A stretch of DNA of 52,038 bases from an archaeon (GCA_038046645.1 JBBSVU010000017.1:1-52038), one strand, 5' to 3'. Counted from the stretch's first letter, positions 1 through 10,196 are shown. Notes: a model not told the origin generated them from the sequence alone. A program made the numbers and translations.

Positions 1-3
1 TAA

Positions 4-984
4 TTATTCCCTGACTGCTTTTTTTGCTTTTTTGTCTTTATACATTTCGCTGTCAGCTTTTTCCATTAATGTTTCGTAAAGGTTGGTTACTGTTGATGGT
101 TCATAATCGCCCTTAAATGAAAACCCTATGGAAAATGTGGCAGTATGTGGGTCGGTTGGCGCCCTGTTCTGCTCCCATTTTCTTGCAAGCCTGTTTTCAA
201 GCTCCTGCTTTAACACAGCTGCTCCATGCCTTGCAGCGGAATTGGTTCCGCCTAATGGTAGGAGGATTGCAAATTCATCCCCACCTATTCTGCCGCATGT
301 AGCATGGTTTTTATTGGATAACTCCACAATTGTGTCTGCCGCGGCTTTAATTAAGCGGTCACCGGCATCATGGCCGTGCAAATCATTGGCTACTTTTAAA
401 TTGTTAAGGTCAATAAATACAAAAGCATAATTGCGATTTTCTGTGAGGTACATCCTTGCCCTTGCCTTAAAGCCGCCTTCGTTTAACAATCCTGTTTTAG
501 GGTCCCTTTCCCCGGCATTCACCACATCTATAATACTTCTGCCAATTAATCTTTCAGCAGCTTTTTTGGTTGTATCTAAAATAAATTTCCCATCACTTTC
601 ATTTGTCCTTGAATCCTTTTCTGCCCTTAATTTTCTTCTTTTAAATTTCTTGGGTTTTTTGCCTTCAGCAATTCGTCTTTCATTTATTTTTCTTAGCTGC
701 GTTTCCCTTTCTGCCCTTAATCTTTTTATGTATTCTGCATATGCCTCAGGGCTTTTGAAGCTGTCCTTGGCCCTTACAGGCGTGCTAAGCCTTTTTGTTT
801 TTCTTAATATATAATCAAGGACTTTATTTGAGGTATGCTGTGCAGCAACCCCTAAAGCCATTACCGACCCAGGCGGCAAATTAGCCCTTCTTCTATCTAC
901 TTCAGCTCTTTTTACTGCAGTATCCCCTATTACTATATGCCTTCTTTCCCCTAATCTTCTATTCATTGGCCGTTCTGGAGACAT
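4..984 (-). CDS. GGDEF-domain protein (putative diguanylate cyclase) with long basic N-terminal region
   Basis: D-x-x-TGLLN, FIDLNNLKVANDLHGHDAGD, GRIGGDEF, TFSIG and ADSEMYKDK motifs; about 155-aa Arg/Lys-rich N-terminus. Confidence 0.9.
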   Translation of the reverse strand: MSPERPMNRRLGERRHIVIGDTAVKRAEVDRRRANLPPGSVMALGVAAQHTSNKVLDYILRKTKRLSTPVRAKDSFKSPEAYAEYIKRLRAERETQLRKINERRIAEGKKPKKFKRRKLRAEKDSRTNESDGKFILDTTKKAAERLIGRSIIDVVNAGERDPKTGLLNEGGFKARARMYLTENRNYAFVFIDLNNLKVANDLHGHDAGDRLIKAAADTIVELSNKNHATCGRIGGDEFAILLPLGGTNSAARHGAAVLKQELENRLARKWEQNRAPTDPHTATFSIGFSFKGDYEPSTVTNLYETLMEKADSEMYKDKKAKKAVRE

Positions 985-1089
985 AATTAAATTAATAGGG
1001 AGAGCAAATTTAAATCTTTCTGTGGAAGATAACTTAGTTAATGCAGTTGAGAACAGCTGCCCATTTTAGTGTATTGTTAATTGATTATT

Positions 1090-1992
1090 ATGGACAAAAT
1101 AAGGGATATTTCAATTGAAGATGATTTGATTGACAACCTTTATACTACTGGTTTTCAAGCGACAAACCTTGCAGAAGCGATAGATATCATTGAGAGGATG
1201 AAAAAAGAAAACTGTAAAATTTTCTTTGGATTTACTGCCAATTTGGTTGCATCAGGCCTGCGCGGCTTGGTTAAGGATTTGTGCAGGAAGAAATTTATCG
1301 ATGCGATTGTTACAACAGCAGGAAGCATTGACCATGATATCATAAAATCATACAAACCTTATCTGCAGGGTTCTTTTTTTGTTGATGATGCCAAGTTGCA
1401 CGAGAAAGGAATCAACAGATTGGGCAATATTTTTATCCCAACTGACCGTTTTATCCTGCTTGAAAAGAAAATCCAGCCAATTTTTTCAAGGATTTACAAA
1501 GAGCAGAAAATTTGTTCCCCGAGTTTTTTGAACAAAAGGATTGGTGAAACCCTGAATAAAAGCAGTTTCTTGTACTGGTGTGCAAAAAATGATATTCCCG
1601 TATTTTGCCCAGGCATTACTGATGGCGCTATTGGCCTGCAGATGTATTTCTTCAAGCAGGGCCATAAGGATTTTGGCATTGATGTCACAAAAGATATGAA
1701 GGATCTGGCAGATTTGGTTTTAAATGCAGATAAAACCGCTGCAATAATCCTTGGCGGCGGAATTTCTAAGCATCACATAATAGGCGCTAATATAGTGAGA
1801 GATGGCTTAGATTATGCTGTTTATATTTCAACTGCCCAGGAGTTTGATGGCAGCCTAAGCGGGGCGCAAACCAGGGAAGCAAAGAGCTGGGGCAAGATAA
1901 AAGAAAAGGCAAAAAGCGTTACAGTAAATGCTGATGCCACAATTGCATTTCCCTTGGTTGTTTCTGCCCTGAATAAAAAGAAATTAATCTAA
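1090..1992 (+). CDS. dys: deoxyhypusine synthase
   Basis: TGFQATNL, GINRLGN, GGGISKH, DGSLSGA and EAKSWGKI motifs; ATG at 1090 (ORF track starts at 1081). Confidence 0.95.
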   Translation: MDKIRDISIEDDLIDNLYTTGFQATNLAEAIDIIERMKKENCKIFFGFTANLVASGLRGLVKDLCRKKFIDAIVTTAGSIDHDIIKSYKPYLQGSFFVDDAKLHEKGINRLGNIFIPTDRFILLEKKIQPIFSRIYKEQKICSPSFLNKRIGETLNKSSFLYWCAKNDIPVFCPGITDGAIGLQMYFFKQGHKDFGIDVTKDMKDLADLVLNADKTAAIILGGGISKHHIIGANIVRDGLDYAVYISTAQEFDGSLSGAQTREAKSWGKIKEKAKSVTVNADATIAFPLVVSALNKKKLI

Positions 1993-2010
1993 TGCGACTT
2001 TATTGATTAT

Positions 2011-2577
2011 TTGATTTCTATGTTGGAATTTATTATATTTAATCAGCAGGGTATTTTCTATCTTTTTCTTGCAATCCTGTCTGCATTTTTTGTAAAAATG
2101 ACTGATTTGCAGGTTGATGACAACAAGAAATTTTTCTTTAGGGAATTCAAATTCATCACAGCATTAGCTTATGGTTCGCTTTTTGGATATTTAATCCATG
2201 CAGATGCAAGGTTTGGGGCAATAATTATAGGAATAATTTTGGCTAATGCTATCGGAAAAAAATTTGATGACATCTCTCATTTATTGGCCATTGCCCCATT
2301 AATCCTGATGCCCTTTTTATTAGGCATGCCTAATCTAAATTTTATTATTTTGGCAGTATTCTTTATTTCGGCATTTTTTGATGAAAAAATGCACGATTCA
2401 ATTGAAAAGCCAAAAAAAAAGCACAAGCTTTTTATTATTTTGTCCAAATATAGGTTATTCAGCTGGATAATGGCCTTTTTTGTGTCTTTCCTGCTAAAGG
2501 ATTATATTTATATAATTGCCTTAGTTACTTTTGATATTGCTTATAAATTAACCGAATATATTTTTTCGAGGAATTGA
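2011..2577 (+). CDS. hypothetical multi-pass membrane protein
   Basis: Several hydrophobic segments; lies between dys and aIF5A. Confidence 0.7.
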   Translation: MISMLEFIIFNQQGIFYLFLAILSAFFVKMTDLQVDDNKKFFFREFKFITALAYGSLFGYLIHADARFGAIIIGIILANAIGKKFDDISHLLAIAPLILMPFLLGMPNLNFIILAVFFISAFFDEKMHDSIEKPKKKHKLFIILSKYRLFSWIMAFFVSFLLKDYIYIIALVTFDIAYKLTEYIFSRN

Positions 2578-2600
2578 TATTTTTTATTTGAGGTGAGATT

Positions 2601-2996
2601 GTGGATATGGAAAAGAAGTTTATTCAGGTAGGCCATCTTAAGGAAGGCAACTATGTTTTAATTGATGACTTTGTCTGCCAGGTAAAAAGTGTTGAAAAAT
2701 CAAAGCCAGGAAAGCACGGATCTGCAAAAGCAAGGATTACTGCAATTGGTGTTTTTGATGATCAAAAAAGAAATCTGCTTAAACCAGCTGATGCAGACAC
2801 AGACATGCCTATTGTTGAAAGGAGCAAAGGTGTGGCAATTGCCATCGTAGGGGATCAGGTGCATGTTATGGATGAAAAATCATATGAAACATTTACAGCA
2901 CTAAAACCTAAAGATGTTGATGTAAAGCAAGGCTTGCAAGTTGAATTCTTGAGATACGGGAAAAATGTAAGAATCATTAGGGCAGCTAAGGAGTAA
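2601..2996 (+). CDS. eif5a: translation factor aIF5A
   Basis: SKPGKHGSAK hypusination loop; GAGGTGA SD. Confidence 0.97.
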   Translation: MDMEKKFIQVGHLKEGNYVLIDDFVCQVKSVEKSKPGKHGSAKARITAIGVFDDQKRNLLKPADADTDMPIVERSKGVAIAIVGDQVHVMDEKSYETFTALKPKDVDVKQGLQVEFLRYGKNVRIIRAAKE

Positions 2997-3023
2997 TAAT
3001 AATTATTTCCTGAGCTAACAAAT

Positions 3024-3875
3024 ATGCAAAAAAAAGAATTTGTTTTGATTGAAGTTCCAAGCGCACAGGGCTGCTTGGGAAAAAATATGGGAACAGAGTT
3101 GTTCCCAGCCCGCCTCAGAGCCTTTTTTCAAAAGAATTATCCTAAAAATAAACTATTTTGTGCAGAAGTAATCCAATCTGATTTTGATTCTACCTCTAAG
3201 AATATTGAAGCTTGTGCATTTTCTATTTTTTCAAAAAAATTCGCCCTGCCGTTTTTTATTGGCGGGGACCATTCCATAACCTTTCCAATAGTCTCCGCAT
3301 ATTCAAGAGTTCAAAAAAATACCGTAAAAAAAGCAGAAAGAAAATACTGCAAAAAAAGCAGGAAAATTGGTCTGATTGTTTTTGATGCCCATGTTGATTG
3401 TACATCGGATTTTCTTGCGCCAAGCCATGAAGACATTATTCGGTCAATAGCAAAAGATAATTTAATCAAACCAGAAAACATCCTGCTTTTAGGTATTAGG
3501 AAAATTTATGCCATTGAAAATAAATTCCTGCAAAATGATAAAATCGGCAAGGAAATTAAACTAATTAGGGCATCAGAAATAAATAATTCAAAAAAATTCA
3601 AAAAAAGCCAAATGTTTTTGCATGATTTTATAAAAAATTTGAATTCAGTTTATGTTTCAATAGATATAGATGTTTTTGACCCGAAGATTGCGCCAGCAAC
3701 AGGCTATTTAGTCAAAAATGGCCTTTTTGAAAAGCAATTCTTTGCCTTGCTTGATATTATCCTTAAATCCGAGAAAGCAGTTGGCTTTGACTTGGTTGAA
3801 GTAAACCCTAAAAAAGACTTGAGAAACAGGACTTTTTTGCTGAGTAAAAAGATTATTAAACGAATCCTATGCTGA
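3024..3875 (+). CDS. speB: arginase/ureohydrolase family, probable agmatinase
   Basis: GGDHS, DAHVD, SIDIDVFDP and EVNP motifs; next to dys and aIF5A. Confidence 0.8.
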   Translation: MQKKEFVLIEVPSAQGCLGKNMGTELFPARLRAFFQKNYPKNKLFCAEVIQSDFDSTSKNIEACAFSIFSKKFALPFFIGGDHSITFPIVSAYSRVQKNTVKKAERKYCKKSRKIGLIVFDAHVDCTSDFLAPSHEDIIRSIAKDNLIKPENILLLGIRKIYAIENKFLQNDKIGKEIKLIRASEINNSKKFKKSQMFLHDFIKNLNSVYVSIDIDVFDPKIAPATGYLVKNGLFEKQFFALLDIILKSEKAVGFDLVEVNPKKDLRNRTFLLSKKIIKRILC

Positions 3876-3905
3876 TTATTTAATATCTAAAAATTTTTAG
3901 AATTT

Positions 3906-3978
3906 AGCCCCGTAGTGTAGCGGCTAAGCATTCTGGCCTCTGAAGCCGGAGACAGGAGTTCGAATCTCCTCGGGGCTA
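3906..3978 (+). tRNA. tRNA-Gln(CTG)
   Basis: AGCCCCG/CGGGGCT acceptor (A1-U72), anticodon arm ctggc-CTCTGAA-gccgg, GTTCGAATC T-loop. Confidence 0.95.
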
Positions 3979-3982
3979 AACC

Positions 3983-4115
3983 CTTTTCTTTCTTTTTAGA
4001 AAAAAGAAAGAAAAGCCTTTAATGGTTTAAAGAAAGAAAAAGAGATACGTTAACGAAAAAGAAAAGAAATAGGTTAACTAGAAAGAAAAGAGATACGTTA
4101 ACGAAAAAAAAAGAA
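3983..4115. repeat. 15-bp tri-loop pyrimidine/purine hairpin followed by short AAAAGAAA-GTTAAC tandem units
   Basis: cttttctttcttttt-aga-aaaaagaaagaaaag at 3983-4015; aaaagagatacgttaacgaaaaa occurs twice. Confidence 0.8.
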
Positions 4116-4157
4116 TTAATACAAGCCTTTAATCGTTAAACGAATATAGCTAATTTT

Positions 4158-5132
4158 TTATTCCTCAACCGTAAATTTCTTTATGTTGATTGGCCTTTTT
4201 GTCAAGAAGTAAAAACCAGTTATTGCTGGCGGCATATATCCCAAGGCATAATAAAGCAAGGAAAATGCAACGGCATTTTCCGGGCTGATGGAATAAAAGG
4301 ACAGCAGTAAGATTGCTACAGCTTCCCTAGTTCCTAGCCCTGAAATGCTCAAAGGGATTAAATCAACTAAACCTATTATAGGTACCAGCACAAAACAGTA
4401 GTAAATAGGCACATTCAGGTTTAATGCCTGAATTATCAAGTATGCAAAAACTATTGTGATTATCCAAGTTAATAATCCTATGATTGTTGCTTTTGCTACA
4501 AGAAGCTTTCGGCTTTTTAGCTTTTGTATGGAGCCATAAAATGCTGAAAAATTTAATTGCATTTTTTCTTTATGCTGTTCAGGAATTAACATATTGAAAA
4601 AAGGCTTAAGAATAATTTTTACGTATTTTTTCTTTAGGAAAAATATGACAAGCACAGCAAATATTGCAATTACTATGCCCAGAATTTGCAGGGATATTAT
4701 TTCCTTGCCAAAAACAAGCGCAAAAATAAGCACTGAAACAAAGCCCAGAAGCAAAATCAATGCAATATCAATAATCCTTTCAATTAAAACAGTTGAAAAT
4801 GCCTCGCCAAGCGCTATCTTTTTGTCTTTGCTCAAATAGAGGCTTCTTGCAAAGTCGCCAATTCTTGCCGGCGTGAATATGCTAATGAAAAAGCCTGAAG
4901 CCCAGCCACTGAAGCATTTTGAAAATTCATATTCCAGCCCATTGGCCTTTATGATGGTTTTCCATTTCAATGCCTTTAATGAAAGATTTGCTGCAAACAG
5001 TACAAGCGTTAGCGAAAGCAGAAAAGCATTGGCATTGCTGACAATCGCGATTAATTTGCCCAAATCTATTGAATATAATATGTAAGCCAGCAGGATAAAC
5101 CCAATTAATACAAAATATCTTTTGAATCCCAT
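4158..5132 (-). CDS. lysylphosphatidylglycerol synthase TM-domain / flippase-like membrane protein (UPF0104)
   Basis: TPARIGDFAR, TVLIERIID and PLSISGLGTRE motifs; probable start MGFKR at 5132. Confidence 0.85.
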   Translation of the reverse strand: MGFKRYFVLIGFILLAYILYSIDLGKLIAIVSNANAFLLSLTLVLFAANLSLKALKWKTIIKANGLEYEFSKCFSGWASGFFISIFTPARIGDFARSLYLSKDKKIALGEAFSTVLIERIIDIALILLLGFVSVLIFALVFGKEIISLQILGIVIAIFAVLVIFFLKKKYVKIILKPFFNMLIPEQHKEKMQLNFSAFYGSIQKLKSRKLLVAKATIIGLLTWIITIVFAYLIIQALNLNVPIYYCFVLVPIIGLVDLIPLSISGLGTREAVAILLLSFYSISPENAVAFSLLYYALGYMPPAITGFYFLTKRPINIKKFTVEE

Positions 5133-5148
5133 ATTATCGCAGCCTATT

Positions 5149-6078
5149 TTAATTTTCCATGAACCATTCAACTGTTTTTCCCAATCCGGCATCCAAAGAA
5201 ACTTTCGGTTTCCAATTAAGGACATTTTTCGCGAGTGAAATATCAGGATTTCTCCTTAATGGATCGTCTACCGGCATTTTTTTGAAGATTATTTTTGATT
5301 TTGAGCCTGATATGCCTTTTATTTTTTTAGCCAGGTTAAGCATGGTTATTTCATTCGGGTTGCCCAGATTCAAAGGTTTATTATAGCCTGAATTTATTAG
5401 CTTATATAAGCCTTCAACAATATCCGAAATATAACAAAGAGACCTTGTTTGATTGCCTTTGCCGTAAACAGTTATTGGCCTGTTCGCCAATGCTTGAGTT
5501 ATCATATTTGGAATTACTCTTCCATCATCCTTTCTCATTTTTGGCCCATATGTGTTGAAAAGCCTGACTATCTTTGCGTCCAGATGGAATTTTTCCTGGT
5601 AGGAAAAAACAAGCGCTTCGGAAAATCTTTTGCTTTCATCATAACAGGCTCTTGGGCCAAAGCAATTTACATTTCCCAAATAAGATTCTTTTTGAGGATG
5701 TTCCAAAGGATCGCCATAAATTTCAGATGTTGATGTCTCTAAAATAATAGATTTTTTCTCAACTGCCAGGTCCAAGACATTTTTTGTGCCTAATGCATTT
5801 ACCATCATTATCTCAATTGCATATTTCTCAAAGTCAACAGGCGATGCAGGAGATGCTAGATTATAAATAAAATCAATTTCTTTTTCTATTTCAATTGGTT
5901 TGCAAACATCATGCTTAATAAAAGAGAACTTTTGGTTTGGGATAAGGTGTTCTATGTTTTTTTTGTTTCCGCTAATAAAATTATCAATTGCAATAACATT
6001 ATGCCCTTTATTGATGAGATAATCGCAGAGATTTGAGCCGATAAACCCTGCTCCGCCTGTAACCAAATATGTTTTCAT
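5149..6078 (-). CDS. UDP-glucuronate decarboxylase (UDP-xylose synthase) family SDR
   Basis: TGGAGFIGS, LASPASP, STSEIYGDP, RACYDESKR, FNTYGP and DDPLRRNPDI motifs. Confidence 0.9.
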   Translation of the reverse strand: MKTYLVTGGAGFIGSNLCDYLINKGHNVIAIDNFISGNKKNIEHLIPNQKFSFIKHDVCKPIEIEKEIDFIYNLASPASPVDFEKYAIEIMMVNALGTKNVLDLAVEKKSIILETSTSEIYGDPLEHPQKESYLGNVNCFGPRACYDESKRFSEALVFSYQEKFHLDAKIVRLFNTYGPKMRKDDGRVIPNMITQALANRPITVYGKGNQTRSLCYISDIVEGLYKLINSGYNKPLNLGNPNEITMLNLAKKIKGISGSKSKIIFKKMPVDDPLRRNPDISLAKNVLNWKPKVSLDAGLGKTVEWFMEN

Positions 6079-6082
6079 AAAA

Positions 6083-6826
6083 TCACTTCGTTTTTGAAAA
6101 ATGTGCTTCAGCTTCTTTTAATGACTCTAATGAGCCTATATCAAACCAATCATTATTTTTATATAAAAAGCCATATGTGGGCATTTTCTGGAACAGCCAC
6201 TCAACAAAATAGCCGGATTTATCCGAATCTTTGCTTTCTGACAAAAATTCCTTAAATAATGGAACAGTATTTTTTGGAAAATAATAAATGCCTGTTGAGA
6301 TAAGCGTAGACTCTGGTTTTTTAGGCTTCTCTTTAAAATCAATTATTTTATTATTCCTGTCAGTTTTTATAACCCCATATAACTTTGCCATTTCTTTTGA
6401 TTTTACATCAAACAGGCAGATTGTCGGTGATTTTTTTTCAGCAAAATAGTCAAAACTGCCCTTTAGTGAGAATTCAAAAATATTGTCTGAATTTACCACG
6501 AGAATATCTTCATTAATTTTAAATTTTTCAATTGCCAGATTTATATCACCAATTGAACCGAGCCTTTCTTTTTCATTTCGTGTGCCGTCATTTATAATCT
6601 CAATACTTTTGCGGTTTTTAAAATCAGAAAGCCAATCCCTGAATTTTTCATAAAATAAATCATTGCTTATTATTACCACTTTAGTTATGCCCCGAAGTTC
6701 AGTTAGTTTTTCGATGATGTGTTCAAGTATTGGCTTATTGTTTATTTTAATTAACGCTTTTGGCATTTCTTTAGTCAGAGGGTATAGCCTTGTGCCATAC
6801 CCTGCTGCTGGTATTAATACATACAT
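6083..6826 (-). CDS. sugar-phosphate nucleotidyltransferase
   Basis: AAGYGTRLYPLT..PKAL, EKP and WFDIG motifs. Confidence 0.9.
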   Translation of the reverse strand: MYVLIPAAGYGTRLYPLTKEMPKALIKINNKPILEHIIEKLTELRGITKVVIISNDLFYEKFRDWLSDFKNRKSIEIINDGTRNEKERLGSIGDINLAIEKFKINEDILVVNSDNIFEFSLKGSFDYFAEKKSPTICLFDVKSKEMAKLYGVIKTDRNNKIIDFKEKPKKPESTLISTGIYYFPKNTVPLFKEFLSESKDSDKSGYFVEWLFQKMPTYGFLYKNNDWFDIGSLESLKEAEAHFSKTK

Positions 6827-6831
6827 TTGGA

Positions 6832-7950
6832 TTATTCCTCTATTTTCTTAAATCTGCCCTTTAATTTTTCCATAACCTGTGGCATTGTAGTATATTCTAA
6901 TTCTGCCTCGCTAACTCTATGTGGTTCAAAAGGCCCTTGTTCTCTTAGGATATCTGCAATCTCTAAAGCCTTTTTCCTTACTAAGTCAAAGCTTATGTCT
7001 GAGAACATATCTCTTGGGCCATAAAGTTTTCTATTTCCTACCTGAAATCCTAATGCTACAATTCTTGGTGGCCCATCAAATTTAGTGGGAGTAGCGTCCT
7101 TTACTGAAACAGGCAGTAAGGGACCTTTATGTGAGCCCCTCATCCAGCCTGAGACAATATGCGCATGGGTAAACCCCTCCATTATCTCACCAACCGCAGG
7201 AAAACCTGATTGTCCCCTTACAATTGCTACTGGATCATCCTTTCCAACATATTTTCCTGCAGAAACATTTAGTTTTTCCGTGCATATTTCAGCAGCAATT
7301 CTCTGTGTTGGCTTTGAATCACCTTTTTTAAATACCCTTTTTATTGCATACTTGCTTGTGGTTCCTATTAATGCTAATAATTCATAAATTTCTTCAGGGG
7401 TATTTAACATTATTGTCGTGTGCTCATAAAGGTCATATACCTCGAAAATAAACCCATCAATCATAGTAGGGTCTAATGTTAAGCCGGCAGTATTGAATGG
7501 GTCGGCAAATATTTTGTATATTGGCAGGTTGAATGCCTGCGGTTCTGTTTTATCGCAAGCAAATATAACAATCGGGTCGGATTTTCTTTCCTCAAAAACC
7601 ATTTCCGCTACTCCAGGCCCTTGGCCCTTTACATTTCCTGAAAACGCATCAGCCAAAAGGTCCTGCCCAGCCCCGTATAATTTATTTTTCTTTGCATATT
7701 CAGCAGCTTCTACAAAGCCATCCCATGCTAATTCATGTATCTTTTCATCATTAGCGCCTTTATTATGTGTCATTACTGTTTCTAAATCATCACCGACATT
7801 AAAAACATAAAAATCATCAATTATTCCTTTGTCCAGTGCATTCTTTTTGAGATGTTTTCTCATTATCTCAAGCATTGGCTCAGGCACAATCACATGCCCT
7901 GCCAAGCTTCCCACATCTGCCTTGATACAAGATATTGTAGTTTCGACCAT
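6832..7950 (-). CDS. fbp: bifunctional fructose-1,6-bisphosphate aldolase/phosphatase (class V FBPase)
   Basis: KADVGS, GAGQDLL, DKTEP, YVGKDDP, GWMRGSH, FDGPP and LEYTT motifs. Confidence 0.96.
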   Translation of the reverse strand: MVETTISCIKADVGSLAGHVIVPEPMLEIMRKHLKKNALDKGIIDDFYVFNVGDDLETVMTHNKGANDEKIHELAWDGFVEAAEYAKKNKLYGAGQDLLADAFSGNVKGQGPGVAEMVFEERKSDPIVIFACDKTEPQAFNLPIYKIFADPFNTAGLTLDPTMIDGFIFEVYDLYEHTTIMLNTPEEIYELLALIGTTSKYAIKRVFKKGDSKPTQRIAAEICTEKLNVSAGKYVGKDDPVAIVRGQSGFPAVGEIMEGFTHAHIVSGWMRGSHKGPLLPVSVKDATPTKFDGPPRIVALGFQVGNRKLYGPRDMFSDISFDLVRKKALEIADILREQGPFEPHRVSEAELEYTTMPQVMEKLKGRFKKIEE

Positions 7951-8000
7951 ATTTACCCCCTGCTTATTTAATTATGTTATTTAATATCAAAAGACATTAT

Positions 8001-9365
8001 TTATGGTATTTTTTTGAATGTCTTTTGATAGCTATCAAGGGACAAATTTATACCGTTATTTTTGTCCCTTGATATAACACCAATTCCAAAATATTTAAAA
8101 CCTAAAGCCCTGAGCTTTTTACCGTCATAAATATTTCTTCCATCAATTATTACTGGATTTTTCATTAACTTCTTCACTTTCTTGAAATCCAATTTCTTAA
8201 AATCATCCCATTCAGTTACTAATAACATGATGCCTGAATTGCTTAGCGCTTCATAGGCTGATTTGCAAAACTCAATGTTAGGATATATTTTTTTGACATT
8301 CTCTTCTGCAATTGGGTCATAGGCTTTTATTATTGCCCCTTTTCCGAGAAGTTCCTTTATTATTTCGAGAGATGATGCTTCCCTAATATCATCAGTATTC
8401 GGTTTGAATGCCAAGCCTAGCAAAGCAACTATTTTGCCATTTAAATTCCCAAGTTCTTTTTCAGCTTTCTCAACCACAAGTATCTTTTGCTTTTCATTTA
8501 TCTCTTCAGCTGCTTTTGCAATTTTTAAATCAAGACCATATTGTTTGCCTATGTGTATTAATGCCTTTACATCCTTTGGGAAGCAGCTTCCGCCATAGCC
8601 GCAGCCTGCGTGCAGGAAATATTTCCCAATCCTTTTGTCCAAACCCATGCCTGCAGAAACATTAGTTATATTTGCCCCACATCTGTCACATAAATTTGCC
8701 ATTTCATTTATGAAAGATATTTTTGCAGCAAGGAATGTATTGCTTGCATACTTAATCAGCTCAGCGCTTCTATTGTCAGTATTCAGTATTTTGCATTTCA
8801 GCTTTTTATAGATGGCATTCATCTTCTCTGCTGTTTTTTTTTCTTTTGCCCCGATAACCACGCGGTCAGGCTTCATAAAATCATAAATTGCTGTTCCTTC
8901 CCTCAAAAATTCCGGATTTGATGCAACGGAAAATTTAGCATCGCTTTTTTCTGAGACAATTTTTTCAATTTCCCCTGCAGTGCCTACAGGCACAGTGCTT
9001 TTTATCACAATTATTCTTTCCTTATCACTTGGATGCATATGCTTTGCAATATCTTCTGCAACATTTTTCACATATTTTAAGTCTGCAGAGCCATCATTAT
9101 CCTGCGGTGTTCCAACAGCTATAAAAATTATTTCATTTTCTTTTACTGCATTTTCCAAATCAGTTGAAAATGAGAGCCTTTTCGCTTTCATGTTTTCTTT
9201 AATTATTTTCTCCAATCCAGGTTCATATATCGGGCTTATTCCTTTGTTTAATTTAGTAATCTTTTCCCGATCTATGTCTATGCAAGTTACCTTGTGACCA
9301 ATATCGGATAGACAAGTTCCTGTCACTAGGCCAACATACCCTGTTCCTATCACTGCTATTTTCAT
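8001..9365 (-). CDS. ugd: UDP-glucose 6-dehydrogenase
   Basis: GTGYVG, NPEFLREG, GYGGSCFPKD, AFKPNTDD and DGRN motifs. Confidence 0.93.
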   Translation of the reverse strand: MKIAVIGTGYVGLVTGTCLSDIGHKVTCIDIDREKITKLNKGISPIYEPGLEKIIKENMKAKRLSFSTDLENAVKENEIIFIAVGTPQDNDGSADLKYVKNVAEDIAKHMHPSDKERIIVIKSTVPVGTAGEIEKIVSEKSDAKFSVASNPEFLREGTAIYDFMKPDRVVIGAKEKKTAEKMNAIYKKLKCKILNTDNRSAELIKYASNTFLAAKISFINEMANLCDRCGANITNVSAGMGLDKRIGKYFLHAGCGYGGSCFPKDVKALIHIGKQYGLDLKIAKAAEEINEKQKILVVEKAEKELGNLNGKIVALLGLAFKPNTDDIREASSLEIIKELLGKGAIIKAYDPIAEENVKKIYPNIEFCKSAYEALSNSGIMLLVTEWDDFKKLDFKKVKKLMKNPVIIDGRNIYDGKKLRALGFKYFGIGVISRDKNNGINLSLDSYQKTFKKIP

Positions 9366-9476
9366 TGTCTCACATTAATCAGATTGAATATTAATGAATA
9401 TTTTACTTAAATATAGGCAAGTACAAACCTCAAATATTTTAAGGTATTATGTGCTGTTGGCTTAAATATACTTTAG

Positions 9477-10196
9477 TTACCCCATGCGCTTTACTGCATT
9501 ATTTGCCTCTAGCAGCTCATCCACTGTACCGGCATCATACCATGCCTTTGCCAATTTGCTTGCCTTCAATGCTTTTTTTGATATGTAATAATTATGGACA
9601 TCACTTATTTCAAGCTCGCCCCTTGCAGATGGTTTCAGCCCTTTTATTACTGAAAAAACATCATTGGTGTACATATAAACACCTATTACTGCCCAAGTGC
9701 TTTTTGGTTCCTTCGGCTTTTCAATTACCCGCAAAACATTGTCTCCCTTTAACATTGCTACCCCTGATTTTTTTGCCTGCTCAATTGTTCCTTTGTACAG
9801 CAAAACCCTTGAAAGTTCTTTTCCTTTTTCGAATTCTTTTACAAAGGGCGATATTGATTCAAAAATTATATTATCTCCATTTATTGCCACAAATTTCTCA
9901 TTCCCCACAAAATCCTCTGCAAGGGATATTGCTTGGGGGATTCCGCCTGCTTCATCCTGTATCTTGTAAGTGAATTTTACCCCAAATTCCTTTCCTGAAC
10001 CCATTAATGCAAATACATCGCCTGCATGTTCTTTACCGCTAACAATTAATATATCCTTTATTCCTGCCTCCTTTAATGTTCCCAATGGATAATAAATCAT
10101 TGGTTTGTCGTAAATAGGCAATAAGTGCTTATTACTTACTAAAGTTAATGGTCTTAATCTGCTCCCCTTGCCGCCAGCTAAGATAATTCCCTTCAT
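9477..10196 (-). CDS. rfbA: glucose-1-phosphate thymidylyltransferase (short form)
   Basis: GIILAGGKGSRLRPLT, NKHLLPIYDKPM, PSARGELEI and WYDAGT motifs. Confidence 0.88.
   Translation of the reverse strand: MKGIILAGGKGSRLRPLTLVSNKHLLPIYDKPMIYYPLGTLKEAGIKDILIVSGKEHAGDVFALMGSGKEFGVKFTYKIQDEAGGIPQAISLAEDFVGNEKFVAINGDNIIFESISPFVKEFEKGKELSRVLLYKGTIEQAKKSGVAMLKGDNVLRVIEKPKEPKSTWAVIGVYMYTNDVFSVIKGLKPSARGELEISDVHNYYISKKALKASKLAKAWYDAGTVDELLEANNAVKRMG

Noticed and set aside
117..814. Short plus-strand ORFs opposite the GGDEF gene (and similar shadow ORFs throughout the window)
   Set aside because: They are antisense shadows of well-supported genes and show no motifs
4020..4115. Possible CRISPR array (also considered for 37915-38070)
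   Set aside because: Repeats are short, low-complexity and irregular, the spacers are only about 10 nt, and there are no cas genes in the window
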